Source: Microthyrium microscopicum (lineage: Eukaryota). From it: a stretch of DNA of 64,000 nt. How positions within the stretch are numbered: the stretch's first letter is position 1; the number at the start of each line of letters is the position of its first letter. The DNA lies in the NCBI GenBank assembly GCA_010405405.1, contig MU004236.1, forward strand, positions 508,576 through 572,575, read 5' to 3'. The notes beneath the pieces were generated by a model. That model worked only from the letters and a program-made list of their open reading frames with translations. It searched no databases and had not been told where the DNA came from. Positions 10,924 to 23,701 of this stretch are shown one piece after another. The position numbers and the translations under genes are program-made.

Positions 10924-13900
10924 ATGCTTTCGCCTTCGGCTTACCACGATGCTCAGCTGGAGCAGGAGGAAGTGTACCCGTGCAAAGGATGCGGCGAGGT
11001 ATGACTTGAATTGTCTCTGGATAGACAAGAGGGTGAATGAGACATTGGCAGAACGTGCTGGTGGTCTCAGCCTCTGGTTCTTGGAGAGATCGCATGTCTG
11101 TCATTAGCTTGTGCTGACGATGTTCCACAGATTTTAGAGGAAGGCAAGGCCTTTGAACTTGGTAAGCAAATCATCTTTTCATCGTCTTTCTATGGATGGT
11201 TGTTGTTCTTTGGGCATCTCAAGATTCAGTTGGACAATGTGCTAGCGCCATTGCTCAAGTGCTCCTTCTCAACCTGTTCGTTGTTGCGGTTTGTCAACGA
11301 TGAGACCAACGACTTCCTCAATTGGCACAACACTACTCACATCCATCGTTCGCGCCTTCCTTTTTTCCTTCACAAAGGTCGCGCCTTCCTTCCTTTCATT
11401 TAGACAGCCATCGCGCCTTCCATACACTTCCCCGCTGTACTTGAGCCGCGACTTCTACTCAGACTCAACACCATGACCTCTACTTCTACTTCTTATTCCT
11501 TGCTTATCTTCTTTTCTCGCTAATATGAACCCTCTCCTAGCTGGCAACCGATGGCATATTGATTGTTTCCGCTGTAATACATGCAGTACTCTCCTTGACT
11601 CGGACGCGAACCTCCTTCTCCTCGGCGATGGTTCCCTAATTTGCAACAATTGTACATATAGTTGCAACGCCTGCGGAAACAAGATCGAAGATCTGGCTAT
11701 TCTCACCGGCGACCAAGCTTTTTGCGCCAGCTGCTTTCGCTGCCGCAACTGCAAGCAGAAAATAGAAAATCTTCGATATGCTAGGACTACTCAGGGTATC
11801 TTCTGCATGGCCTGTCACGAATCTGTTATTCAGAAAAGACGAAAGAATAGGAACAAGCACAAGCAAGCCAATCCCAGAACCGATGCGCTCGATAAAAAGC
11901 TCCCCGAGCTTCCCAAACCCGACATGCCTCCTAGTACCTTTTCTTCCGATGGCACCGAGCCTTCCCTCTCCGAGAACAAATCCGATCTAGATACTCTCGT
12001 CGACAGCGAATTCCCTCGCCCAGCCCAACCTCATCACGAACACTCGAACCATTCCACCACCGAAAGATCGACTGCATCAAGAGACGAGCCAAAGGGTATA
12101 TTCTCTCTTCAAGATTTCCAACAAACTCTGACCACATCAGACAACTTGACTTTGCCTGCAAGCACCTATCAAGGGTCTCAATCCACCCCTCAAACTCATT
12201 CTGGTCTTAGTGCTGCAGTGTACGACCCAGCTAATGAGCTCGGCGGTTTTTTCGTTCCTCTCGTGCTCGACCCTAATCCCCCAACGGCTTCATCCCCTCA
12301 TACTAATGGCCGTGATTACGATTCTCCCGCGTCTACCAACATGGTGAAAGCCAATGAATCGAAGCCAGTGTCCCGAGAGTACATGAATACTGCTGCTGCT
12401 TCGAACAATCGGCCAAGTAGAGAATACTTGCACGACGGTAGGCATCAGTCATCCCGGTCATCGTCTACCGAAGGAAAACCTCCCCTCAGCCCTCATATCG
12501 CCTATCAAGAAAAGACTCGACAATCATCAGATCATATCTCAGATCAAGCGCGAAAGCGTCCTCCTCCACCTGCCTCCCCTCATTCTGGAGATTCCACTGC
12601 ACCTTCACCATATCCACCTACCCAGAATGATTTCAAGCTTCAAGACGCACCCAAATCCAAGAAGAATGGATCACGTAGAAGCTCAAAAGACAATGCCCGA
12701 TCCCCACCAGTCGTATCACCTACGGATTCACATTCTCGAAACATGACTCCACAAATTGATATGCCGCTCACATCTTCTCCAATAGAATCGGAACACAAAA
12801 ACTCGTTCTACTCTGCGCCACAGGATTCTTATCCCGATCGATTGCCAAACGGAATACCGAATAGATCGAGAGATAGACCGCCACCACAACAACAAGTTGA
12901 ACGGCCACGGAGAGGTGATTCTTTGGCTGCTAATGTCGTCCGAAAAGAAGTGCCATCTTCTTCATCAAGTGTACCACATATTGCTGAACTCGGCCATGAT
13001 CGTAGAGGCTCATCCAATTCTCAAACGAACGGGGGATATTCAGCACCCAGACATGTGGAAAACGGTAATGCATCTAGACCAGCTCATGACGGTTCAAATG
13101 GGCGTGGGCCAGGTCGACCTAGCACTTCAGAGATTAAGTCTGGGTCAACCTTCACCGCTCCTAGGAATGCTCCTCAACCTCCGGGAAATCACAAGTCCGC
13201 AGACTCAAATAGCACAGCACCTAGCGATACCAGCACTTCACCCATTAATGCTACACAAGAAGAACATCGGAGAGAAGATGCACATGACCAGGGAGGAGTC
13301 CTACGTAAGATGTCCAACGCCGTACGCGGTCACGCTCGAAGTGTTAGTGACCGAGTGGTACCGTCACCGCGCTCTCAGAAGTGGGCAAGATCCCCCCTGA
13401 ATGGATCTGTAGACCTAAACAGTCCCACTTCCTCACTCAGTCCTGAACGTCGTACACCGGAATACCGCAGCCCAGACTCTCGAGACGAGAGTGCCGTTCT
13501 GAAAAGTCAACTTCGTCGCGCACAACAGCGAATTGCTGATCTTGAAGGAGAAAAGAACAATTTGCAAACGATATTAAACGGAGCACCCGACATGAATCAA
13601 CTAAACCTGTCTCTTAAAGAGAAGCGCTCTACCATGGCTATTCTGGACACTCAACGAGAAATAGTAGTCCGTGAATTGGAGGTCATGACGGAACACCTGA
13701 AGAGAGTTAAGGATTCTAATCAGCCTTTGGAAATGACGACATTCAAATCCGAGGTGATGAGCGATTTCGCTGGTTCTCTCAAGAGATTAAAGGATACTTT
13801 GACAGCAGAAATCGAGGGCCTCATTCAAAAGCGCAATGATCTCAACGTCGAGATTGATAACCTCGTTCGCATGAAAGACAAGGGCTTCCAGGAATACGAA

Positions 13901-15140
13901 AATCTTAGCAATCGCAATCAGCAACTTCACCAACACAATAATATGTTGGCTCAAAACATTCAAGAATCAATGAAGGGTAACAAACAGCAACCAAATGGCC
14001 TAGGTCTTTATATGGCGGGCAATGGCAAAGAGAAATCCGAGACCTCCGCCAACGATTTAAGACAACTTATGATGGACTCTACCACCACCTTCGGGCAAGA
14101 CAGTGAGCAGGAACCAGCTATCATAACTACACCACAGGTTGTCAAGATGAAGCAGACTAAACCCAACATGCTGCGCAAAGGTGGTGGTGGATTCAGCAAA
14201 ACGTTAAGAGGCATTCGAGGAGCACTTGCCTCGGATCGTAATGAGCGCGGTCCTATGACGACTGAAGGAATCGCCTATAATCAACACCAAGTCCCTCTTG
14301 ATGCGAATGCTGGAGCTCCTCGATCAGCGAACGAGCGCGGCAATTTCCGTGGCTTTTTTGGTGGGAGCGACAAGAATGGGCCTCGCCATCTGAAGAACCT
14401 TCAAAACAGCAGCAATCCAAACCTTGCTGCCGAGGCTGTGTCTCCATCTCGTAAGTCTACTATTCTTTTTGTCATGATCCCTAACACTAACAATATCCTC
14501 AGAACTGTTCGGCTCGGAATTATCTGCACGATGCGACTTTGAGAAGCGAACCATTCCATGCATTGTCGCCCGATGCGTTGAAGAAGTTGAACTACGAGGC
14601 ATGGATGTTGAGGGCATCTACCGCAAATCCGGTGGTTCTGGCCAAGTCAATCAAGTCAAATCTGGCTTTGAGCAGAGCAGCGAACATGACATTTCTGATC
14701 CAGAACTGGAAATCCATGCTGTTACCTCATGTCTCAAGCAGTACTTTAGACGATTACCCGTTCCGCTTATCACCTTTGACGTCTACGACTACCTATTGGA
14801 CGCCAGTCGAGTTGAGGATATCGACAAGCGTGCAGTCCGGATGCGCGAGGCGATTGATCGATTGCCAAAAGCTCATAGAGATTGTCTTGAATTTCTGATA
14901 TTTCATCTTGCTCGGGTTACTAGCCATGAGAAAGACAACTTGGTATGTGAATTCACGTCGAATAAAGACTTGCTTCTAACACTTGAATAGATGACTCCAC
15001 TGAATTTAGCGGTTGTTTTCGCGCCCACGATTATGCGACCCATCAGCATCGAGCGAGAGATGATGGACATGCAAGTCCAACGACAGGCCATACAATCCCT
15101 GCTCGAATTGAATAAGGTCATCTTCGAGACGGCGCCTTGA
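10924..15140 (+). CDS. RGA1: LIM-domain Rho GTPase-activating protein (Rga1/Rga2-like)
   Basis: Exon 1 MLSPSAY...YPCKGCGE (10924-10998), exon 2 ILEEGKAFEL (11131-11161), then GNRWHIDCFRCNTC and a second LIM domain, a coiled coil, and a RhoGAP domain (LFGSEL...GMDVEGIYRKSG...NLMTPLNLAVVFAPT). TGA at 15140. Confidence 0.93.
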
Positions 15141-16076
15141 TAGCCAGATCAACCACCATCTAAACCCCAACTGGCTTTGCCGGTCCACATATCACCAACC
15201 TTTTCCAATACTTCTCTTCAGCACCTTCATTTCAGCGACCAGCAGGCTTGTCACTGGCCTCTCCGAATTCCCGTGTAGACTTGCTGTGGATATACCCATT
15301 TGCGTTTGCTTTCTTGCTCTCTTTTTCTCCTGGCTGTTGCTGACCCAAATTATTCCCGTACGAACTTTGTAACTCGAAAACTTTTTATCACCCCCAGTAT
15401 GCTATTGCTACTACCTTGCCAAATTCATTGACGACTTTACGCCACCCGGTCAGTACAGAGGGTTGATCTGGGCTTTGGACATATTTTTATAACTTGGACT
15501 CTTGACTGCACATTGATTGCACAACTGTGCGGAAGGCTCGAACTGGGATGCTCTGGTTCCGGGTTCGCTTCCATTGCTTTGCGTTGAGAAGGCTCAAAAG
15601 GAGGATGGAAGAACAGTGTTGACAATGAAGACTGAGGGGGTCGTTCGTTTGGACAACTTTCTTTCATGTCTCGTGTGTGTACATTACTTGCAGATGAAGT
15701 GAGAGATAGTTTGGATTCGAATCAAATGCGAATTTGACCGAGAATGTTCCTGTGCCGTGCTTTGACTTTTGAACTGTAACATCTTGATACAACTCCTTCA
15801 TTCTCACTTCTCCAGCTCAACCAACGGATCGCGCATGCCTTTTGCTGTTCAATGTGAACGCTTGAGTTGTTATGACTGCTCACAAGCGCTCTAGTGAAAA
15901 CTGACAGTCAAACGTCTCAAGCCTGATCCCTTATGTGTCAGTGAACCCCTATGGACTCATATCAACTGGACATCTTACTGACGTACCACTCAGCTGCCAA
16001 TATCACCTAGATTCCTAACCCTCCCATCAAAGACATATCATCAAAGCAGTATCATACACCACCTCTCCAACCCCAA

Positions 16077-16502
16077 ATGCCAACATACACAACCCTCTCC
16101 ACAATCGACGACTGGACCCGCTGGCACGCGCAAACCATGCGCTTCGCCCAATCCCGCTGTATAGAAACATACCTCCTCTCCACTGATACTACTTACTCAT
16201 CTACCGCGGATCCATACTTACATCTTCCAGCATTACCAAATCTCGGCGATGCGCCGAATGATATTGGACTGATGTATCGAGATTATCGGGCACGAGAACT
16301 AAGGCGTGAGCTGGGCGAATTGAGTGAATTGATGCTGGATACAGTTTGTGAAGAATGTAGGAGGAAGGCGGGCGTGTATATGACGCCGGCGGAGATATAC
16401 CATGCTGTTATGCGATGGGCGTGGTTCGATGGTGGAACGACGAGAAAAGGAGTAGATGGGACGCCGAGCAATGGCGTGCATGATCAGAAAGGAGTTCTGT
16501 AG
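16077..16502 (+). CDS. Small hypothetical protein with weak resemblance to Ty1/copia Gag N-terminus
   Basis: Intronless 141-aa ORF preceded by a C/A-rich leader. Pattern LSTIDDWTRW...YLL...LGELSELMLDTV...TPAEIY. Confidence 0.55.
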   Translation: MPTYTTLSTIDDWTRWHAQTMRFAQSRCIETYLLSTDTTYSSTADPYLHLPALPNLGDAPNDIGLMYRDYRARELRRELGELSELMLDTVCEECRRKAGVYMTPAEIYHAVMRWAWFDGGTTRKGVDGTPSNGVHDQKGVL

Positions 16503-16762
16503 AGAGGAGATGATCAAGCGGGATGAATACTGAAAGGGAGGTCTATTGTAGGAAGATGGTCTATTGAGGAACAAGTTGAACAGCCGCCTTGATATAACAA
16601 ACAAGCAAGACGAGTCTCTATACAACAATACATCCTGGAAATCCAGCGCCATAACCATGCAAGACAGAGGAATGAATGCATTACCACATCCAGAAACGCT
16701 GCAGCAACTTCTCCGTTGAACTCTGCCAACAATCATTACTAGAACGCTCTCCCGGCGTCACC

Positions 16763-19074
16763 TCATTGGAACTGGAACCCGCCGGGAAACCCTCCACTAC
16801 GCGACCGGCCATTAGCTCCGCCTGCACCAGGGAATCCGCCCGCACCACCGAATGGATTTCCACCGCCGCCGCCAAACTGCGAGCCACCAAAGGGAGATCC
16901 GCCGCCGCCAAAGCTGTGTCCTCCGCCTCCACCGCCAAAACCACCAAAGCCACCTCCTCCGCCGCCGCCGCCCATCATGTTGAAGAGTACGCTTGGATCG
17001 ATGTTCATGTGGCCTGGATGGCCGCCGAATCCACCGCCGCCGCCGAACATTTCGGAGGGATCGATGAGATCTTCGCCAGAGTCGTAGCGAGCGCGTTTTC
17101 TGGGAGTTGTTAGCTAGTGGTTGTGAACGGGGGCAGGGAAGTAACATACTGAGGATCACTAAGCGTCTCATATGCCTCGTTCACGTCCTTGAAGCGCTCA
17201 GCCGCGTTTTCATCGTCGGGGTTTTTGTCAGGATGGTGCTGCAGTGAACACTTATGGTATCCCTTTTTGATTTCAGACGAGGAAGCGTCTTTGGTAACGC
17301 CTAAGATCTTGTAGTAATCTTTACGGAGGGCCTTCTTCATCTCGAGTTCGGCATTACGAATGTCACGCTGAATGCCGGGTTCGCTGGGATTGTTTTCTTG
17401 CACGGACTTGTATTCACGAACAGCGGATTCCCAGTCGCCAGATTCGCCATAAGCTTTGGCGAGGGTTTTGCGGGCTTTGGTGTAGGATGGGTCTAGTTCG
17501 AGGGCTTTTTCACAGTCTGCGATTGCGGATTTTGCTTGGTTGAGCTGTGAGATGTTAACTTGTTGTGAGTAAAGAAAAAGCTGAAAATTCCATGCTTTCT
17601 AGATCAAAGTTACATACCTTGGTATAACACATTGCTCGATTTTGAAGAATCTTTGCGTTTGTGGGTTTGTTGGTAGAATCGACGTCAAGCGCTTGCGAAT
17701 AGAAATCAACAGCTTCTTGATATCGACCTCTCTTGAAGAAGTCGTTTCCTTCGGCCTTTAGCTTATCAAGCTTTTGTACCATTCGCAGATATCTGACGGC
17801 CTCTCTATAATCTGGATCGCAGCTTAGAGCCTGTCTGAAGTGCAGAATCGCCTTGTCGTTTTCTCCCTGACCATACAGAACTCGACCCCTCAATACTAGT
17901 GCTTCCGGGTCCTGATTGTTGTTCCTTAGTAGTGACATGGCAACGTTTTGAGCTTCGCCTAGTGAATTGACATTGCCCATTTTCAAATATGCCTCACCAC
18001 GCATAAGCTTCCACCGACGTGGCTTGTCGACTGCAAAGCCTAAACCTCGCTCAGCCTGATCGAGAGCATGAAGAACCATAGATCCAGAAGCGTCTTTTAG
18101 AAATGATTCGGCCTGAGTCAGATGTTGTAGCATTTGTACAGCTGGTGCTCGATCTTTAGCCGATGCTGGTGGCTGTATTGAGTCGTATATTGCTATTGCA
18201 TCTTGTGGTCTGCCCAAGCCTGTGTAAATTCTAGCCAGTCGGACAAGAAATTTGGGATTATTAGGTTCGAGCTCGTCTGAACGTTTCGCATCTTCTAGAG
18301 CCTGATGATATTGATGCGCGGACATATGGGCAGCCGCGCGATTGGCATAGTAGGTTGAGGTCTGAGGATTTGCCTCAATGGCTAGAGGCAAAATTAGAAC
18401 ATGTTTACAAAGTGGCCGTATCAGGCTGTGGCAAACTTACCCTTGGAATACTCCTCAATGGCTTTGGCATATTCCTTTGCCTTGAAAAACTTATTTCCAG
18501 CGGTTTTGTGGGCTTCTGCATCAATTGGATTGTGGATGGGTAACGGGCTTGTTGGATGTAGGTGTGGTGGGACAGGGGGTCGATCGTCGGGAAATGGTGA
18601 GCTTGCGTATCCATTTGAAGGAGTAGTAGGCGCGCTTGAAGCTGGAGGAGAGTTTGTTTGACCTCGCTCTGGATCGCTAGCAGGAGGCTCGCTAGAATTG
18701 GCCGACATGGCCGATAGTGCGGAACGACGAAGTTCTGGAGGGAGATTGAGAGGATGGGTGGTTTCTTTGTCGTATCTTGCAGAAGAACGCTTTGATTTTG
18801 TAGGTTTAGAGGATTTGGAAGGAGACTTGGTAGGCGATTTTGGAGGAGACTTTGTGAGATATTTGGGTTTGGTGGAATCCGAAGATTTGGTAGGAGATCG
18901 CAAGCGTTCTTTGTCGTGTGAGCTGCGTTGAGAAGAGGTTGAAGGCTGCTTTTCCGGGCTAGCTGGCGGGCTGCGCAGGTCGCTCGAATCTTGGGAGGGC
19001 AGTTCAGTTGTTGTGGTGGTATTGATGGGCTTTGTTCTCGAGGAGGATTTTGAAAAGAGTTTAGGCAGGACCAT
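16763..19074 (-). CDS. DNAJC7: TPR-repeat + C-terminal J-domain co-chaperone (DNAJC7/Tpr2-like)
   Basis: TPR repeats ([46 protein letters not shown]), J domain DYYKILGV...HHPDKN...EAYETLSDP, and a Gly/Phe-rich tail. Confidence 0.92.
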
Positions 19075-20064
19075 GTCTTTTCAGATCTGGTGGAATAGAC
19101 AGGCAAGACAGGCTAAAGGGCTCGAAGCTAGAGATTGTGGAGCCTAAGGACGAGAATTGTTGGTTCCCGCAAACGGCAGTGTGGAACCAGAGAAGGAGAG
19201 CAGTGTTTTTTTGGGTGGTGGTTTGGCTTGGTTTGGGTGTGCAGCGGCCGCACAGCAAGCAATCCCTGGCTTGTCTTTTCTTTCTATGACCTTCTAGAAT
19301 CTCGACTTTTGACTGGTCAACTTTTATGTAGCGGCTCCAAAGATTTAGGATTCCAGGATCTTGGTTTGATATCTCTGATTCCAACAAGCACCTCAAAATG
19401 CTGTCGAATGCTATCAAAAGGATTGATTGCTTCTCTGGGACAATCTGGAGACAATCTGGAGATTGCAATGGTGTTGAAGTTGAATCTGCAGTAGGCAGGT
19501 GCGCGGTAAATGTGAGGCAACAGCGGGGGTTGTTCTTTCCTCAATCAAAGTCGTGAGATACACTTGCCTAAATCTGCAATCGGTCAGGGACGATTATGGC
19601 TGTTGATCGCGATTGCCCTGTCGAGCTCTTGAATAATGCGATTGACTTATTCTGAAGGCTCCAAAACTTTGAAAGGTATTCAAAAGCTCCTTTACTTACA
19701 GTGGGGAGCGTATTGTTGTTGTATATTTTTTGGCCCGTCTGCATCCTCCAACCACTTTCATGCAATTGCCTCTGCGCCATTTCATGATTGGCTGCGATTC
19801 ACTTCTTGTCCACGAATGGCCTCTGATCAGCTGTGAGCGCCAACCTCATCTTACTTTACAACTTCTCATATTGGCCCATAAAAGGGGTCGGGCTCGTTGT
19901 TGTCTTTGCATGCTACCTAACTCACTACGCAGTATTCGTTCCTCTGCGCTGGGAATCTCTTAACAACATGTCGCAGCATATCAGGATGTCGAGGAGGCGC
20001 TGAAAGCCGATGATTGTTTGGGTAGTGTCAAGCAACCTTAGCCATGTCAACATTCAATTGATCA

Positions 20065-22570
20065 TGTCGCCGCAAAGCAACGCTGATACGTTGTCTGCCA
20101 TCCTAGGCCAACGGACCAGACGATCTTTGGGAAAGACCAGAGAATTTTAACAATACCTTAAGCTCCGAGCCACTTGAAATTCCGCTAGCGAAACTTCAAC
20201 ATTTAAAGCAACCTCTTCTGCTATAGAATCTACTCTGGAGAATGTCATTCTCGGTGAAAGTCGCACCTATGAAGCTCTATTATATGTCTGGGGCAACTCC
20301 ATATACTCAAAAAGGAATGTCCTGAACGGATCTCCCTGTTATATCACGCCAAACTTCCATCTAGTCCTACTTCATCTGCGCCATGAAGACAAGGAACGCA
20401 TTCTTTGGATCGATGCTTTCAGTATCGATTAAGAGAATGTACAAGAGAGGAATCTACAAGTAGGTCGCATGCGGGAGATATATACGAACTGTTTCCTCCA
20501 TTTGCTATGGCTAACAATGGACAGAACATGGGAGGAGGACAGTCCCGACATGTACCGTGGGATGGATATCATCACCAAGAGGAGCGCCTTGTTTGAAAAG
20601 GCAAATGAATCGTCTGGGTCGAAATATATTGGCGTTGCTTTTGAGGCACATTGAGACTGGAGTGATCATGTGGCCGTGGGCGAAGTTCTGATGTGGCCGA
20701 AAATATGGTCTCGAGTCTGGATTATCTAGGAGATGAGCTGCGGTACATCTTATCGTTTGACATCTCATGATTGTCATAGAGTTGTTTTCGTTCAAACACA
20801 GTCTCGCATGACTTGAGCTATTTGGCTCTGCAAATCGGCCATTGCTACGCTTTATCAGGCAATGTTTGTCCACTATCCCATTTGCTATTGGCAGAACAAG
20901 ATCTTTCCGAGGTCCCCCTTTATATCTTCATCGTTGATGCTCTACTTATCTAACGAATCTCAGCTCCAAAAGTCAAATTAGTATCGCGCAATGCTACACT
21001 AGATTGGGATATCATCGAAAAAGCCATTCCAGACCACACGGATGCCACTAGTACCTCTCACAAAAGCCCGGACAGCCCGGACACGTTATCACTTGTTCTG
21101 TCCAACTTCCAGGTCATGATCAAAGCCCAAAGACACGTATACTTGGAGCTGCTCACGGGCGAAAAATCTTCTAGTCTCCTAGACGTCCTAACCAAGTTCT
21201 GTTTCCCAAACGCAACCAATCCCAGAGATAATGTATATGCTCTCTTCGTGTCTGACCGATTGGGCATCGAGATTGACTACAGCAAAAGCGTTACGGACAT
21301 GTATATCGATGTTGCTTGTAGAATAATCAATTTCATGGAGAACATAGATATGATCTGCAAAAGTCCATGGCCAGCAGCTGACAATCGAGCACTGCGGATT
21401 GATATACCATCGTGGTGTCCGGACTTCTTTGCCCACGGAGAAACACTTTTCCTATTTGCTCAACACAACCTCTATGACTGCAAAGCAGAGCCCCTAGCTC
21501 GCCTGTCTCACAGCGATATTGAGGCTGATCATGCGATCTTTGAAGTACGTACCTAGACAGGCTGCGAGGAAGCAGTTGAAGTGGCCGGATTTGAAATGTG
21601 TACCGTAGCGCGCGAGGGGGAGTAAAGGAAATTTACTAGTGATCGTCCTGTTAAGCTTCTAGACTAGAAAATGTATATTCTACAGAGAGGTACAATCGAT
21701 GCCGCTTTCTAAGAGAAGATACCTATTTTAGAAAACCTATATTTTCTGTTCAAAAAAGCATTTTCTGAAAAAACTATGTTTTAGCTATTTTTTAGCTATG
21801 TCATAGCTATAAAGAGGGGCAAAAAAATCACTATAGAATTCAATGAAGGATTAAGAGAGCGAGATAATTAGCAATAAATACTTTTTTTTTAAATTACAAT
21901 TTGAACTACAAAGGAGGCTAGATCAATACGCTATAGCTTAGTCAGGCGAGGCATAATTACGGCTTAGATTTACTAGGATAATCACAATTACTAAATCGAA
22001 ATTGCGGGGCAAATGTATATATCTAAGCAACTTTTTAGCCTCTCCTTTTAGAGCCTTCGTTCCTTCTAACATGCTATCGTACCTTCTTTATCTTTAGTCG
22101 TAAGTGCTTTTATTCACAGAACATAAGATCTAGTCAAGACATCATATTCTAGAGAAGAATAGGCTTCTAAAAGAAGTTCAAAAGGTAATGTAGTTTCATC
22201 AAAAGATCAAGTCCTTTACTCCCCCCTCCACGCTACGGTAGGTAGATATGCTGCGGATGTTTGTAAAGGATTGGTGGTTTTGCCTTACTAAAGGGGGTTT
22301 GTTTACAATGGTGCCGGATAGAGTGAGGAAACATGTCGTTGCTGTGTTGGATGGTGGAATGGTTCCTGTCATACTGCGGCCGGTAGTTGGGGGTACTTTG
22401 ACTGATACGGTAAGCAGAGTGAATGCTGCGCTTGAAAGCCCGAATCACGCTCCGTCTGAAGACAGATATCAGGTCGTTAGGGGGTGCTTATGTGCATGGC
22501 TTCATGCGGTTCGATAAGGAGTTTCTTAAGGATTTTGGCGCAAAAGAGCAGAATTTCGTCCTAGCATAAA
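20065..22570 (+). pseudogene. HET-domain (HET-6-like) heterokaryon incompatibility pseudogene; ends approximate
   Basis: ~20240-20490 reads TYEALLYVWG...ITPNFHLVLLHLRHEDKERILWIDAFSID*ENVQERNLQVGRMREIY (HET motifs, in-frame TAA at 20430). Later parts read ATNPRDNVYAL, IDYSKSV, IPSWCPDF and, after an insertion, FCLTKGG...VAVLDGGMVPVILRP. Frameshifts and a transposon insertion are present. Confidence 0.88.
21603..22238. mobile_element. 636-bp non-autonomous TIR transposon, AT-rich (RIP-like), inserted in the HET pseudogene
   Basis: Left end TA|CCGTAGCGCGCGAGGGGGAGTAAAGGA, right end TCCTTTACTCCCCCCTCCACGCTACGG|TA. About 27-bp imperfect TIR, TA duplication, TpA-rich interior. Confidence 0.85.
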
Positions 22571-22738
22571 ATAAGGGTAACAAAATCTGACAGTCTTCAA
22601 AGAGCTCAATCGTACATGTCAATTCCAATAAAGGATTGATTACACCACATCTTCTGATTCCATTTCAATCAATGGATTGCTCAGCTCCTAATAAGTCATG
22701 GCATATTTCTTTGGCGAGAATCATATGGTCTCATATGT

Positions 22739-23701
22739 TTACGTTCGCTGTGTATACCCGCGATAAAGCCAGCTAGGCTCACCAAAGTTAACATCAACAT
22801 CAACATTCCCAAAAACCCCTATCGCCGGAAAGATATCACACTCCCCCCTCAATCCCACAATACTCTCCCTCGCATCATCCGTATGCAACAAATCCCAACC
22901 GCCCGCCTTAACCCCATTCCTCGTAAAGAACACCTCCGTCCTCGTCTGCGGCCCAGCCTTAGTATGCAGCGGCGTAAACATCATGCCCAATCCAATCGTC
23001 TCACCAGCCCTAAATGGCTCCGTAAAGTCAAACCCACCAGCATCATTACCAACATACCGTCTTCCATCATCGCTGTGGACCGCAAGGCTGCCTCGCTGCC
23101 ACCCCGGCAAACGAAACGGTGGGTAAGGCGGCGCGAAGAATCCAATCGCTATTCCACTATCTTGAGAAACCTCGTTGTGACGGTGAAGCATACTTCCGAT
23201 GCGTGAGTGTTGTTTGCCGATACTGTGGATGCCGATTTCAAAGTAGATTGTTTTTGCGCGCTCGGTTAACATGGGGCTGTCATCGTAGTGTGAGTATGCT
23301 GGGAGTGCTGTTTGGAATAGCGTGTCTTTGCATCCATTGGACGTAACGCGCCATATTGAATGGTTGACGTTAGTTTGGTTGACTGTGCCGTTGAAGCCGG
23401 GAGGCATGATCAGTGTATGTTGATGTGCATGAACTGATCGCAGAGTAGCGTCGTCCATGGCAAAAGGCGGCGCGAGTGGAAATGCGGCACACCATCTTTG
23501 GGCATTGTCTGCTTCGTCGGTGGTTGCATTGGCGGCGGAGGAGAATTCATGCAAAAGACCGGGTGGTGGAGGATATGCTGGGGCTGAGTTGTCGTCCCAG
23601 GCTGGTTGTGCTGGTGGAGGATGGGGTTGATGTCCAGGAGGAGGACCAGGTGGAGGGGCTGCTGAGTAGGCTGGTAGTTCTTCGTCGTCGTTGTTCGTCA
23701 T
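22739..23701 (-). CDS. SPRY-domain protein (Ssh4-like)
   Basis: 320-aa ORF with PY motifs (LPAY, APAY) and SPRY signatures TIYFEI, IAIGF...PYPPFRLPGWQRGSLAVHSDDGRRY, GETIGLGM, VFFTRNG, FPAIG. Confidence 0.88.
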   Translation of the reverse strand: MTNNDDEELPAYSAAPPPGPPPGHQPHPPPAQPAWDDNSAPAYPPPPGLLHEFSSAANATTDEADNAQRWCAAFPLAPPFAMDDATLRSVHAHQHTLIMPPGFNGTVNQTNVNHSIWRVTSNGCKDTLFQTALPAYSHYDDSPMLTERAKTIYFEIGIHSIGKQHSRIGSMLHRHNEVSQDSGIAIGFFAPPYPPFRLPGWQRGSLAVHSDDGRRYVGNDAGGFDFTEPFRAGETIGLGMMFTPLHTKAGPQTRTEVFFTRNGVKAGGWDLLHTDDARESIVGLRGECDIFPAIGVFGNVDVDVNFGEPSWLYRGYTQRT

